Shown: piece by piece, positions 15,854 through 24,685 of the stretch
Layout: every line of letters starts with the position of its first letter
How positions within the stretch are numbered: the stretch's first letter is position 1
Source: Faecousia sp.
GTDB lineage: Bacteria; Bacillota; Clostridia; Oscillospirales; Oscillospiraceae
NCBI GenBank assembly: GCA_045639485.1
Contig: JAZUDF010000066.1
Location: 15,965-79,964 of the forward strand
Direction: 5' to 3'
Length of the DNA stretch: 64,000 nucleotides
Translations under genes and position numbers: made by a program
The notes under the pieces: generated by a model
What the model saw: the letters and a program-made list of their open reading frames with translations, nothing else
Database searches by the model: none
Told to the model about the DNA's origin: nothing

Positions 15854-16453
15854 TTATTTTTTCGAGTCTCGTATTTCTGTAGAAAACAGGCCGTGGCGGT
15901 TGCAGTACCAATAGATTTTTCCCGTTCGGTTGATCTTAAATCTTGCTTCGGCATTATGTTCCGGATAGAGTTTGATCATTTCCACACCGTTGTCCCGAAC
16001 TGCAGCAAGAAAAGAGATAGAATGTGTTTTTGACATTTCATGGGACAGCAAAATATAATATTCGTCTTCCACGACTTCTACCTGAATGTCATGAGAATCA
16101 TCAGGACGCTCCGCTTCCAGTGCCGGCAGCGTAACGCCACAGCAGGAAATGACGGCTTCTCCGATACTGAAAAGAACATTCCCGCAGATCGGGCAAACGT
16201 AGAATTTGACTTTCTTCATATTGCCGGACCGATTGTGATTATTTACATTGACACCGGATAGCAATTCTATGACGGAAATCCCGAGGGCTGCACTCAGTGG
16301 CTCGATCAGGGAAATATCGGGATACCCCTTCCCCGTTTCCCATTTAGAAACCGTTTTGTCGCTGACAGACAACTTCTCCGCCAGTTTTCCTTGAGTCATT
16401 TTCTTTTGTTCGCGTAGTTCTTTAATCATCGCACCGGTAATGTAGTTATTCAA
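15854..16453 (-). CDS. XRE-family HTH regulator fused to a desulfoferrodoxin-like (Dfx N-domain plus superoxide-reductase-like) module
   Basis: The HTH region reads IKELREQKKMTQGKLAEKLSVSDKTVSKWETG. It is followed by CPICG-x15-CC (Dfx centre-I pattern), SHEMSKTH and YCNRHG (SOR centre-II-like ligands). TTG 16451-16453 lies 8 nt after GGAGG. The track ORF extends upstream through the tRNA-Leu gene. Confidence 0.7.
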   Translation of the reverse strand: MNNYITGAMIKELREQKKMTQGKLAEKLSVSDKTVSKWETGKGYPDISLIEPLSAALGISVIELLSGVNVNNHNRSGNMKKVKFYVCPICGNVLFSIGEAVISCCGVTLPALEAERPDDSHDIQVEVVEDEYYILLSHEMSKTHSISFLAAVRDNGVEMIKLYPEHNAEARFKINRTGKIYWYCNRHGLFSTEIRDSKK

Positions 16454-16520
16454 AGTTTCCGCCTCCGTTTCTATTTCAAAGATAGCACGGTCAAGGCTGC
16501 CCTGCAACCTACGAAGCGTA

Positions 16521-16552
16521 GAAAAACCCCTCAAATCCGAAGATTTGAGGGG
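16521..16552 (-). terminator. Intrinsic terminator directly after tRNA-Leu
   Basis: An 11-bp stem CCCCTCAAATC/GATTTGAGGGG with loop CGAA and a U-tract on the minus strand (the plus strand reads GAAAAA). Confidence 0.8.
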
Positions 16553-16554
16553 TT

Positions 16555-16642
16555 TGGTGCGCGAGGCGGGAGTTGAACCCGCACGTCCGGAGTGGACACT
16601 AGAACCTGAATCTAGCGAGTCTGCCAATTCCACCACTCGCGC
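16555..16642 (-). tRNA. tRNA-Leu (anticodon CAG), type II with long variable arm, CCA encoded
   Basis: The minus strand reads GCGCGAGTGGTGGAATTGGCAGACTCGCTAGATTCAGGTTCTAGTGTCCACTCCGGACGTGCGGGTTCAACTCCCGCCTCGCGCACCA. The acceptor is GCGCGAG/CTCGCGC and the anticodon loop is TTCAGGT. Confidence 0.92.
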
Positions 16643-16668
16643 ATATGCCGTCTTTCGACTGCCCGGTC

Positions 16669-16697
16669 ATAATATCATAGGGAACAGTAAATGTCAA
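16669..16697 (-). promoter_or_regulatory. Sigma-A type promoter of tRNA-Leu (TTGACA-17 nt-TATTAT, TG-extended)
   Basis: On the minus strand, TTGACA (16692-16697), a 17-nt spacer and TATTAT (16669-16674) preceded by TGA. Confidence 0.65.
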
Positions 16698-16739
16698 CAG
16701 TTTTTTTCTTTTTTTCTACGCAAAATAATGAAAGTAAAT

Positions 16740-16768
16740 TTGCTTTTTTTTACTGAATATGGTAGAAT
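16740..16768 (+). promoter_or_regulatory. Putative trkAH promoter (TTGCTT-17 nt-TAGAAT with upstream TG)
   Basis: TTGCTT at 16740-16745, a 17-nt spacer and TAGAAT at 16763-16768. Confidence 0.5.
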
Positions 16769-16799
16769 AAATAAGATTATGGACAAGAGGTGATTTTCC

Positions 16800-18164
16800 T
16801 TGAAAATCGTAATTGCAGGCTGCGGTAAAATCGGCAGTGCCGTTCTGACAAATCTTGTTGCTGAAGGCCACGACGTCGTAGCCATCGATACAAGTGATGC
16901 AGTCATTCAGCATTTAGCCAACATCTATGACGTTATGGGTGTTTGCGGCAGCTGCACCGATTCTGAAACCTTGCAGGAAGCCGGTGTCGGCAGTGCGGAG
17001 CTGTTTTTTGCGTCCGCAGGTTCCGACGAACTGAATATGCTCAGCTGCTTTATCGCCAAAAAAATGGGTGCGGCACATACCATCGCCCGTATCCGCAATC
17101 CGGAATATAACGGCAATTCCTTTGCCTTTATGAAGGACAGTCTCGGACTTTGCATGTCGGTCAATCCCGACCTGCTTGCCGCAAAAGAACTCTATAACAT
17201 CCTTCGACTCCCCTCGGCTGCCAACATTGAAACATTCTGTCAGGAAAGTTTTGAAATGGTCGAGCTTCGTTTGAAGGAAAACTCTCAGCTTGACGGCGTA
17301 CGTCTGATGGATCTGCGTGACAAGTATAAAGCAAAATTCCTCGTCGGTGCCGTGCAGAGAGGCGACGACGTCTATATCCCTGACGGCAATTTTGTGCTCA
17401 AGTCCGGTGACCGTATCGGTCTGACAGCCTCCCCCATCGAGATGCTTCGTCTGCTTCGATCTATTGGCGTGCTGCAGAAGCGTGCAAAAGACGTTATGCT
17501 CTTTGGTGCCAGCAGAATCGCATTCTATCTTTCCAAGATGCTGCTCAGCAGCGGACACACCGTGAAAATCATCGAAAAAGATCCGCAGATGTGTCAGTTC
17601 TTCAGTGATGAGCTCGGCGGCGACGTCATTCTGATCAACGGCGACGGAGCCAGTCAGGAGCTTCTGCAGGAAGAAGGTCTGAACGATCAGGACGCATTTG
17701 TCGCACTGACCGGCATTGACGAGCAGAACATTCTGATCTCCTGCTTTGCTTCCACTCAGAACGTGCCGAAGGTCATTGCCAAGGTCAACCGTGAAGAGCT
17801 TGTGGATATGGCAGAACGCATCGGTCTTGAAACCATTGTTTCTCCGAAGCACATTGTCGCCAATATTCTTGTCCAGTATGCACGTGCACTTGAAAACTCC
17901 ATGGGCAGCAGCGTTGAAACGCTTTATAAGCTGATGGACGATAAAGTAGAGGCAATTGAATTCACTGTTAAGCCGGATGCTTCCAGACTGATCAACGTGA
18001 CGCTTCGCGATATGAAGTTGAAGCCGAACATTCTGATCGCCGGCATTATCCGCGACCGCAAGATCATCATTCCCGCCGGCGATGACGTGCTGCTTCCCGA
18101 TGACCGCGTTGTTGTGCTTGCAGCAAATCAGCGTTTGCAGGATCTTTCCGATATACTGAAATAA
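16800..18164 (+). CDS. trkA: Trk potassium uptake system NAD-binding protein TrkA (tandem RCK)
   Basis: MKIVIAGCGKIGS Rossmann motif, with a second half carrying a degenerate Rossmann-like segment (VMLFGASRIAF), giving the duplicated RCK architecture. The TTG start lies 7 nt after AGAGGTG. Confidence 0.88.
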   Translation: MKIVIAGCGKIGSAVLTNLVAEGHDVVAIDTSDAVIQHLANIYDVMGVCGSCTDSETLQEAGVGSAELFFASAGSDELNMLSCFIAKKMGAAHTIARIRNPEYNGNSFAFMKDSLGLCMSVNPDLLAAKELYNILRLPSAANIETFCQESFEMVELRLKENSQLDGVRLMDLRDKYKAKFLVGAVQRGDDVYIPDGNFVLKSGDRIGLTASPIEMLRLLRSIGVLQKRAKDVMLFGASRIAFYLSKMLLSSGHTVKIIEKDPQMCQFFSDELGGDVILINGDGASQELLQEEGLNDQDAFVALTGIDEQNILISCFASTQNVPKVIAKVNREELVDMAERIGLETIVSPKHIVANILVQYARALENSMGSSVETLYKLMDDKVEAIEFTVKPDASRLINVTLRDMKLKPNILIAGIIRDRKIIIPAGDDVLLPDDRVVVLAANQRLQDLSDILK

Positions 18165-18179
18165 AGGACTGGTTTCGCT

Positions 18180-19634
18180 ATGAATCGAAAAATGGTCTTT
18201 CACATGGTGGGACAAATCTTAAAACTGGAAGCGGCTTTGCTTGTGCTTCCCCTTTTAGTCAGTCTGATTTATATGAAAACAGACGGGTCTGTTCCAATTT
18301 ACGCATTTCTCATTACGATCGGCATTGCACTTGTGCTCGGTTTTTTCCTGACGCTGATCTGTCGTACAAAGAAAAAAGAGATCTTTGCCAAAGAGGGATT
18401 TATCATCACGGCTCTGACGTGGATCGTGCTTTCTGCTGTCGGTGCATTGCCGTTTGTGATCAGCGGTGCGATCCCCGATTACATCGACGCGTTTTTTGAA
18501 ACCGTCAGCGGCTTTACCACGACAGGTGCATCCATTCTCGAAGGCACGCAGATCGAAGCCATGAGCCACGGCATGCTGTTCTGGCGTAGCTTTACGCACT
18601 GGATGGGCGGCATGGGTATTCTGGTGCTGATCGTTGCCATTCTGCCGACTGTTTCGGGTAGAACGATCCACGTGCTGCGTGCCGAGATGCCCGGTCCTAC
18701 CATGGGCAAGCTTGTCCCGAAGCTCAAGGACACCGCAAAAATCCTTTACATCATGTATTTTGTTCTGACCGTTGCTGAAATGATCTTCCTGATTTGCGGC
18801 GGAATGCCGGTGTTTGACAGTATCGTGCATTCTCTCGGCACTGCAGGTACCGGCGGCTTCGGCATCAGGGCAAACAGCATCGCAAGCTACTCGCCCTATT
18901 GTCAGTGGGTTATCACGGTGTTTATGCTTCTGTTCGGCGTAAACTTCAATCTCTACTATCTGCTTCTGATCCGCCGCGTCAAGGGCACACTGAAAAGCGA
19001 AGAGCTCTGGACCTATTTCGGTCTGATTGCCGCATCGATGCTGATCATCTGTTTGAACACCGTCAAACTCTACACGTCCGTTTCTGATAATATCCGCACT
19101 TCCGCATTCCAGGTCGCATCGTTCATCACGACGACAGGCTACGGCACGACAGATGTCAACAGCTGGCCTGTGATATCCAAAACCGTTTTGCTCATTTTGA
19201 TGTTCATCGGCGGCTGTGCCGGCTCCACGGCAGGCGGCTTAAAGGTTTCCCGCGTGGTACTGATGTTTAAGAAGATCCGCTGTGAGCTTCGCAAAATGAT
19301 CCATCCGCGTTCCGTGAACGTTGTGCGTTTTGAAGGCAAGCGTGTCGAAGATTCAACACTTTCCGGCGTTACCACTTATTTCGCCGTTTATATGCTCCTG
19401 TTCTTCGCCGTCTTCTTTATCATCAGTTTGGACGGCTACTCCATTGAAACAAACTTTTCTGCCGCCGCATCCACCTTTAATAACATCGGACCCGCTTTTG
19501 ATCAGGCTGCAAACGGCTTCTTTATCTACTCTCCGCTCAGCAAGATCGTCATGTCCTTTGCGATGCTGCTCGGCAGACTCGAGATCTATCCCATGCTTCT
19601 GATGTTCTCGATCCCCGCATGGAGAGGCAAATAA
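18180..19634 (+). CDS. trkH: Trk/Ktr-type potassium uptake membrane protein TrkH
   Basis: Polytopic membrane protein with repeated selectivity-filter-like motifs (TTTGAS, GTGGFG, TTGYGT, STAGGLK). Confidence 0.88.
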   Translation: MNRKMVFHMVGQILKLEAALLVLPLLVSLIYMKTDGSVPIYAFLITIGIALVLGFFLTLICRTKKKEIFAKEGFIITALTWIVLSAVGALPFVISGAIPDYIDAFFETVSGFTTTGASILEGTQIEAMSHGMLFWRSFTHWMGGMGILVLIVAILPTVSGRTIHVLRAEMPGPTMGKLVPKLKDTAKILYIMYFVLTVAEMIFLICGGMPVFDSIVHSLGTAGTGGFGIRANSIASYSPYCQWVITVFMLLFGVNFNLYYLLLIRRVKGTLKSEELWTYFGLIAASMLIICLNTVKLYTSVSDNIRTSAFQVASFITTTGYGTTDVNSWPVISKTVLLILMFIGGCAGSTAGGLKVSRVVLMFKKIRCELRKMIHPRSVNVVRFEGKRVEDSTLSGVTTYFAVYMLLFFAVFFIISLDGYSIETNFSAAASTFNNIGPAFDQAANGFFIYSPLSKIVMSFAMLLGRLEIYPMLLMFSIPAWRGK

Positions 19635-19677
19635 AAAAACGGAGGAAATACCGAAAAGGTATTTCCTCCGTTTTTTT
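19633..19677. terminator. Bidirectional intrinsic terminator (trkH, and the convergent zinc-ribbon gene)
   Basis: A 13-bp stem CGGAGGAAATACC/GGTATTTCCTCCG with loop GAAAA, flanked by A7 and T7. Confidence 0.88.
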
Positions 19678-19680
19678 AAT

Positions 19681-20337
19681 TCAGTTCACGAAAAGACTGG
19701 CACGCTTGTCAAAGTAGATCTTATTAATAACGATCATGGCTGCCGAGCCGATCAGAGAGCCGATCACGGACGGAGACATCAGATCGCCAAGTCCGATGCC
19801 GGTATTTGCAGAAGACAGAACCACTGCAACGGCAATCAGATAAATAACACTGATCGCAACGACCAGGATATACAGTATCGTCAGTTTCTGCGGAGCACCT
19901 TTTTTCAGCTTGGCAAGCTCAAAGCGAACATATACGCCATAAATTGCAGCACCGATCGTGGCAAGGCCGAAAAGAATATCAATTACTTTCAGACTTCCAA
20001 AATAAGCATATACAAGCTCTGCTGCACCATCGTACTGTGCTCCGGTCAGCTGCATAATACCCGAAATCAGGTTCAGCACAGCACCGGCAAACAGGGCAAA
20101 GTAGATAAGGAACTTATACCAGTTCATCGGGAGGCCGTTATACTGCTGATTAACAGGATTGGCTGACTGTGCATATCCGTACTGCTGATTCGCAGCATTG
20201 TTCGGCTGTGCATAACCATACTGCTGCGGTTGCGTGCTGTAAGCAAGCTGAGGCTCTGCTTTTGAAATTGAGGCACCGCAATTCGGACAGAACGAAGCGT
20301 TGTCCTGAATCTGCGAGCCGCATTGATTGCAAAACAT
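19681..20337 (-). CDS. Zinc-ribbon domain membrane protein with a Q/N/Y-rich linker
   Basis: MFCNQCGSQI...FCPNCG zinc ribbon, QQYGYAQ repeats, then four hydrophobic helices. Confidence 0.6.
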   Translation of the reverse strand: MFCNQCGSQIQDNASFCPNCGASISKAEPQLAYSTQPQQYGYAQPNNAANQQYGYAQSANPVNQQYNGLPMNWYKFLIYFALFAGAVLNLISGIMQLTGAQYDGAAELVYAYFGSLKVIDILFGLATIGAAIYGVYVRFELAKLKKGAPQKLTILYILVVAISVIYLIAVAVVLSSANTGIGLGDLMSPSVIGSLIGSAAMIVINKIYFDKRASLFVN

Positions 20338-20367
20338 AGGGCACCCTCCTTAAATGATTGTATGATT

Positions 20368-20395
20368 ATTATATCACTTAATCAAAATTTGTCAA
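20368..20395 (-). promoter_or_regulatory. Sigma-A type promoter (TTGACA-16 nt-TATAAT, TG-extended) for the zinc-ribbon membrane protein gene
   Basis: On the minus strand, TTGACA (20390-20395), a 16-nt spacer and TATAAT (20368-20373). Confidence 0.6.
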
Positions 20396-20454
20396 TTATT
20401 GTATAATAACAGAAACAAATCAGGAAAATACATTGAATAAATATACGCAGTAGT

Positions 20455-22884
20455 TTAAATTACGGTGTACCCTGCATTGATTACGGCTTGCTTTAGGTCA
20501 GAGGCCGATGCGTCACCGCTGATTGTAGCTGTTTTCTTTTTCAGGTTGACCGATACTTCGCTCACGCCCGGAACTTCTCGCAGTGCTTTCTCTACGCGTG
20601 CTTTGCAGTGTTCGCACATCATTCCTTCAATTTTTAGTACCTGATCCATTTGCTTATCCTCCTGAATTATTGTTTTCGGCCGGAATCTTCGCAGCCGAAG
20701 TGCATTGGACACAACGAATAACGAGCTTAAGCTCATTGCCGCGGCAGAAATCATCGGGTTGAGCAACAATACCGGATAAAAGATACCTGCGGCAATGGGT
20801 ATACCGAGAAGATTATAGAAAAACGCCCAGAACAAATTCTCTTTGATATTCTTTACAACCGCTTTGCTCAAGTCTAAAGCTGTTGTAACGTTGGTCAACT
20901 CCTGCCGCATCAGAACAACATCAGCTGACTCAATGGCAATATCCGTGCCAGTGCCGACCGCCATGCCGATGTCGGCACGCATCAGGGCGGGTGCATCATT
21001 GATTCCGTCACCGACCATCAAAACGCACTTGCCTTCCGATTGAAGTCGTCTGATCTCGCCTTCCTTGTCCTGCGGCAGCACCTGTGAAAGGACGCGGTCA
21101 ATTCTCATTTGTCCGGCAATCTGATTTGCTGTTTCGGTGTGGTCGCCGGTCAGCATTACAACATTCAGCCGTTTTTCTTTTAGGTTTTGTATCAACGCTG
21201 CGGCATCCTGTTTCGGTCGGTCTGCTGTCGCAATGCAGCCAAAATACGTGCCGTTTTTTTCGCCAAAGTAAAGCAGGCTTTTCCCTTGCTTTGCAAGGTC
21301 TTTCGGCTCATAAGCAGGAACGCCGCACTCCTGCATAAAAGCAAAGTTACCGCCGCACAACTGTCTTCCGTCAACGGAAACACAAACACCGCGTCCGGGA
21401 ACAACAGAAAACGCATCCCCTGCGGTAAAATCAATCTTTCGTCGTTCCGCCTCCAGAATGATCGCCTTTGCAAGCGGATGTTCAGAGCCCTGTTCGATGG
21501 CAGCGGCAAGGGTAAGCAGCGAACGTTCATCCGCTTGTTCAGGGATAATGTCCGTAACCACAGGTTTGCCTGCAGTGAGCGTTCCGGTCTTGTCAAACAC
21601 GACGGTATCCGCTTTTTGAAGGTTTTCAAGGATCTCTGCAGATTTCACAAGAATGCCGTATTTCGCACCCTGCCCTGTGCCAACCATGATCGCAACAGGT
21701 GTTGCAAGTCCGAGTGCACACGGGCACGAAATGACAAGGACGGAAATTGCAATATTCAGGCAAAACTCAAACGGTTGCCCGAGCAATGCCCAGATGACAC
21801 CTGCAAGCACTGCGATCGTCATGACGACGGGAACAAACACGCCTGCAGCCTTATCTGCCAGACGTGCGATCGGTGCTTTTGAGCCACCCGCTTCTTCAAC
21901 AATGCGGACGATTTGTGATAAGGTGGTGTTCTCCCCTACCCGGTCTGCTTCGAACCGGATAAAACCTGAAAGGTTGACTGTTCCTGCAGCGACCGTATCG
22001 CCGGCAATTTTATCTACCGGCAGGCTTTCTCCGGTCAGAGAGCTTTCGTCAACAGACGCCGTGCCGGAGAGAATAACTCCGTCCGCTGGAATGACTGCTC
22101 CCGGCCGCACAACTACAAGATCACCGACGGTGAGATCTTCAGCATCAATTTCCGTTTCGATCCCGTCACGTTCTATGACCGCACGCTTTGGTGCAAGGTC
22201 TAACAGTGCCGCCAGTGCATCGCCGGTTTTTCCCTTGGCTTTTGTCTCAAGAAATTTTCCGACAGTCACCAACGTCAGTATCATCGCTGTTGCTTCAAAA
22301 AACAGCATTTTCCCGAAAATACTGTGAGTTTCCGGTGAAATGATCGCAGCAGCGATCAGGTAAAGGCTATAAAGGAAGGCAGCACCGGAACCGATTGAAA
22401 CAAGTGTGTCCATATTGGGGCCGCCTCGAAACAGTGCCGGAATACCGCTTTTGAAAAACGCCCGATTCAGCCAGATAACGGGCAGTGTCAGACAAAGTTG
22501 AACGATCGCAGAAATAAGCGGCTGTTCGAGAAATAGTTTCGGCAATGGCAGTCCGAGCATCGGTGTCATCGAAAAGTAAACAAGGATCACAAGAAAGCAC
22601 ACGGATAAGATCAGACGGCGTGCCATGCTTCTGTCTGCTTTTTTCCGCTCAATGTTCAACGTCTCTCTTGCGGCCGCTTCCGAAGTCGCGTCATACCCGG
22701 CCGCTCTGACAGCTTCGATAATGCCATCATCAGTAATTGCGTTTTCGTCAAATTCCACTGTCATTTTTCCTGCCAGCAGATTGACTTCCGCTTTATTTAC
22801 GCCGTTTTGTCCGTTGACCGCTTTTTCTACACGTGCCGCACAGGCGGCACAGCTCATACCGGTCACGGAATACCGTCTCTTCAT
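20455..22884 (-). CDS. copA: Copper-translocating P1B-type ATPase with N-terminal and C-terminal HMA domains
   Basis: GMSCAAC (N-terminal HMA), CPC in the TM helix ([11 protein letters not shown]), [13 protein letters not shown], and a C-terminal HMA GMMCEHC. Confidence 0.9.
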   Translation of the reverse strand: MKRRYSVTGMSCAACAARVEKAVNGQNGVNKAEVNLLAGKMTVEFDENAITDDGIIEAVRAAGYDATSEAAARETLNIERKKADRSMARRLILSVCFLVILVYFSMTPMLGLPLPKLFLEQPLISAIVQLCLTLPVIWLNRAFFKSGIPALFRGGPNMDTLVSIGSGAAFLYSLYLIAAAIISPETHSIFGKMLFFEATAMILTLVTVGKFLETKAKGKTGDALAALLDLAPKRAVIERDGIETEIDAEDLTVGDLVVVRPGAVIPADGVILSGTASVDESSLTGESLPVDKIAGDTVAAGTVNLSGFIRFEADRVGENTTLSQIVRIVEEAGGSKAPIARLADKAAGVFVPVVMTIAVLAGVIWALLGQPFEFCLNIAISVLVISCPCALGLATPVAIMVGTGQGAKYGILVKSAEILENLQKADTVVFDKTGTLTAGKPVVTDIIPEQADERSLLTLAAAIEQGSEHPLAKAIILEAERRKIDFTAGDAFSVVPGRGVCVSVDGRQLCGGNFAFMQECGVPAYEPKDLAKQGKSLLYFGEKNGTYFGCIATADRPKQDAAALIQNLKEKRLNVVMLTGDHTETANQIAGQMRIDRVLSQVLPQDKEGEIRRLQSEGKCVLMVGDGINDAPALMRADIGMAVGTGTDIAIESADVVLMRQELTNVTTALDLSKAVVKNIKENLFWAFFYNLLGIPIAAGIFYPVLLLNPMISAAAMSLSSLFVVSNALRLRRFRPKTIIQEDKQMDQVLKIEGMMCEHCKARVEKALREVPGVSEVSVNLKKKTATISGDASASDLKQAVINAGYTVI

Positions 22885-22905
22885 CGTATCACTTCCATGG
22901 GTATT

Positions 22906-23373
22906 TTATGTAAGATCTCGGAGATAATCCGAAATGATGTCGCTGTGCGTCGTTACGATTGGGATCTGTGTGAGCTCCTCCGCCGTAAAAAACCGCAGTT
23001 CACGTGACTCTTTGCTGCAGGTGATCTGCGGATAATCTGCATAGTCCAAACGAAAAACGCTGATGATCATCGCCCAGACGCTTCCGTCCTGATAGCTGGC
23101 GATCCGTCCCGGATCGTCGTAGGTCTTCCGGAACTGAAACTGATCTTTGGATGCCCGCAGTCCCGTTTCTTCCAAAAGTTCTCTCATCGCGTTCTGTACC
23201 GGCGTTTCACCTTTTTTTCTTCCGCCGCCGATAAGTCCCCATTGATCGCAGTCAGTTCTGCGTTCAAGCAGAAGCTTTCCGTCACAACAAACAAGCAGAT
23301 TTGCCCCCAGATGGATCGGCATATTCGGTTTCGGTGCGTTGGGATCATGAAGATAGTACGTTGCGATCGCCAT
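22906..23373 (-). CDS. NUDIX hydrolase
   Basis: Nudix box GGGRKKGETPVQNAMRELLEETG. ATG 23371-23373 lies 8 nt after AGGAG. The longer start in the track lacks an RBS. Confidence 0.75.
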   Translation of the reverse strand: MAIATYYLHDPNAPKPNMPIHLGANLLVCCDGKLLLERRTDCDQWGLIGGGRKKGETPVQNAMRELLEETGLRASKDQFQFRKTYDDPGRIASYQDGSVWAMIISVFRLDYADYPQITCSKESRELRFFTAEELTQIPIVTTHSDIISDYLRDLT

Positions 23374-23501
23374 GTTTTCATCTCCTGACATATTCAGTTT
23401 ATCATATCGACTGTCGAAATACAACCGCAACACCGTTTGTTTCAAAGATTGCGTTTTGGCTGCAGATGAACTATAATAGACAGAAAAACGGAGGTGCATG
23501 T

Positions 23502-24200
23502 ATGGCAGACGTAACCATGAAAGTCATCGCAACGATCCATACGGATTTTTCGGATAAATTCGGGATCCCAAGGCAAAGCGGTCTTGTGCCCGAGCTTGTC
23601 GGAGTCATCGAATTTTTGCGGGAGTTCCGCAACGCGGACGCCGTCCGCGGGATAGACGGATTTTCACATCTGTGGCTCGTATGGCAGTTTTCCAAAGCCG
23701 TTCGGGACACATGGTCACCTACCGTCCGCCCGCCGCGTCTGGGCGGCAATCAACGCATCGGTGTCTTTGCCACACGTTCACCGTTCCGTCCGAATTCGAT
23801 CGGCTTGTCTTGTGTCAGGCTTCTCAAAGTCGATGCAACTGCGGAAAACGGTCCTTTGCTGTACGTTTCCGGTGCTGATCTGCTCGACGGAACGCCAATC
23901 TTTGACATCAAGCCGTATCTTCCCTATTCTGACAGCGTTCCGAACGCTGTAGGCGGTTTTACAGACACAAGCGGGGATTTTCTACTGGACGTTGAATGTC
24001 CGCAGGAATTGCTCTTAAACGTCCCTGAGGAAAAGCGTGATGCCCTGCTCGGTGTACTTTCGCATGATCCAAGACCATCCTATCAGGATGATCCGGAACG
24101 TGTTTACGGGCTGACCTTTGCCGCACACAATATCCGCTTTCGTGTTTGCGGCTCAAAGCTGACTGTTTTGGAAATTGAAAAAAGCGGCTGCAAACTTTAG
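23502..24200 (+). CDS. trmO: tRNA (N6-threonylcarbamoyladenosine(37)-N6)-methyltransferase TrmO (YaeB family)
   Basis: ...VIATIHTDFSDKFGIPRQSG...SHLWLVWQF...RSPFRPNSIGLS...DGTPIFDIKPY matches TsaA/YaeB family features. GGAGGTG lies 5 nt upstream of ATG 23502. Confidence 0.8.
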   Translation: MADVTMKVIATIHTDFSDKFGIPRQSGLVPELVGVIEFLREFRNADAVRGIDGFSHLWLVWQFSKAVRDTWSPTVRPPRLGGNQRIGVFATRSPFRPNSIGLSCVRLLKVDATAENGPLLYVSGADLLDGTPIFDIKPYLPYSDSVPNAVGGFTDTSGDFLLDVECPQELLLNVPEEKRDALLGVLSHDPRPSYQDDPERVYGLTFAAHNIRFRVCGSKLTVLEIEKSGCKL

Positions 24201-24210
24201 TTTGCAGCCG
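24185..24210. terminator. Bidirectional terminator hairpin containing both convergent stop codons (trmO TAG, gtrA-like TAA)
   Basis: A 12-bp perfect palindrome CGGCTGCAAACT-TT-AGTTTGCAGCCG, with A6 upstream and TTGTTGTTT downstream. The two CDS overlap by 4 nt at the hairpin apex. Confidence 0.7.
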
Positions 24211-24685
24211 TTGTTGTTTCTTCTGACGGTGCGGCACGGAACACGAAATACCGCTGGCCGATATAATTGATCACGCAATAGATAAACGTTGTCGCAAGCA
24301 TGACAAGCTGAATGCGGAATTCCTTCGGCTCGAGCTGAATATGAAGGAGATTATAAATCCAATCCGTGATACCCACAAAGAACGGAAGCTCCACAAGGTA
24401 AAGGAAAAGATCGTGCAGCAAGACCTTTGCGATCAGGAAGCAGACCGCGATCGAAATCATGAATTTCAATGGCCAGTATTTGGAGATCCTGATGCCGCGG
24501 AACGTGACAAAGCGGTTCAGGAAAAACGAGATCATCGTCTGCATGAAAAACGAAATGATCATGCAGATATCTTTATGCCATCCGAACAGATTGCGGAACA
24601 GCAGCATGACCAGGCTGCAGAAGCCGTAATTCAAAATGCCGAGGCCGGCATAAATCAGCAGTGTTTTATCAAAGATTTTTTTCAT
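24197..24685 (-). CDS. GtrA-family membrane protein
   Basis: A ~160-aa four-helix protein. The ...LNYGFCSLVMLLF..., ...FLNRFVTFR... and ...GQRYFVFR pattern is typical of GtrA-like proteins. Confidence 0.6.
   Translation of the reverse strand: MKKIFDKTLLIYAGLGILNYGFCSLVMLLFRNLFGWHKDICMIISFFMQTMISFFLNRFVTFRGIRISKYWPLKFMISIAVCFLIAKVLLHDLFLYLVELPFFVGITDWIYNLLHIQLEPKEFRIQLVMLATTFIYCVINYIGQRYFVFRAAPSEETTTAAN

Noticed and set aside
16454-16636. The N-terminal extension of the HTH-Dfx ORF given in the track (start 16636).
   Set aside because: The extension is the translation of the tRNA-Leu gene and its terminator. A GGAGG-8 nt-TTG start at 16453 fits the usual N-terminus of XRE HTH proteins.
12623-16642. 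A genomic island integrated at tRNA-Leu (SLH protein plus HTH-Dfx), or at tRNA-Val.
   Set aside because: I found no repeat of the tRNA-Leu or tRNA-Val 3' end, and no integrase, excisionase or mobility gene. I can only say that these two genes look more accessory than their surroundings.
16698-16799. A c-di-AMP (ydaO/kimA-type) riboswitch upstream of trkA, prompted by the presence of cdaA in the window.
   Set aside because: The predicted promoter leaves a leader of only about 30 nt, far too short for that riboswitch. No pseudo-two-fold ACGR motifs were seen.
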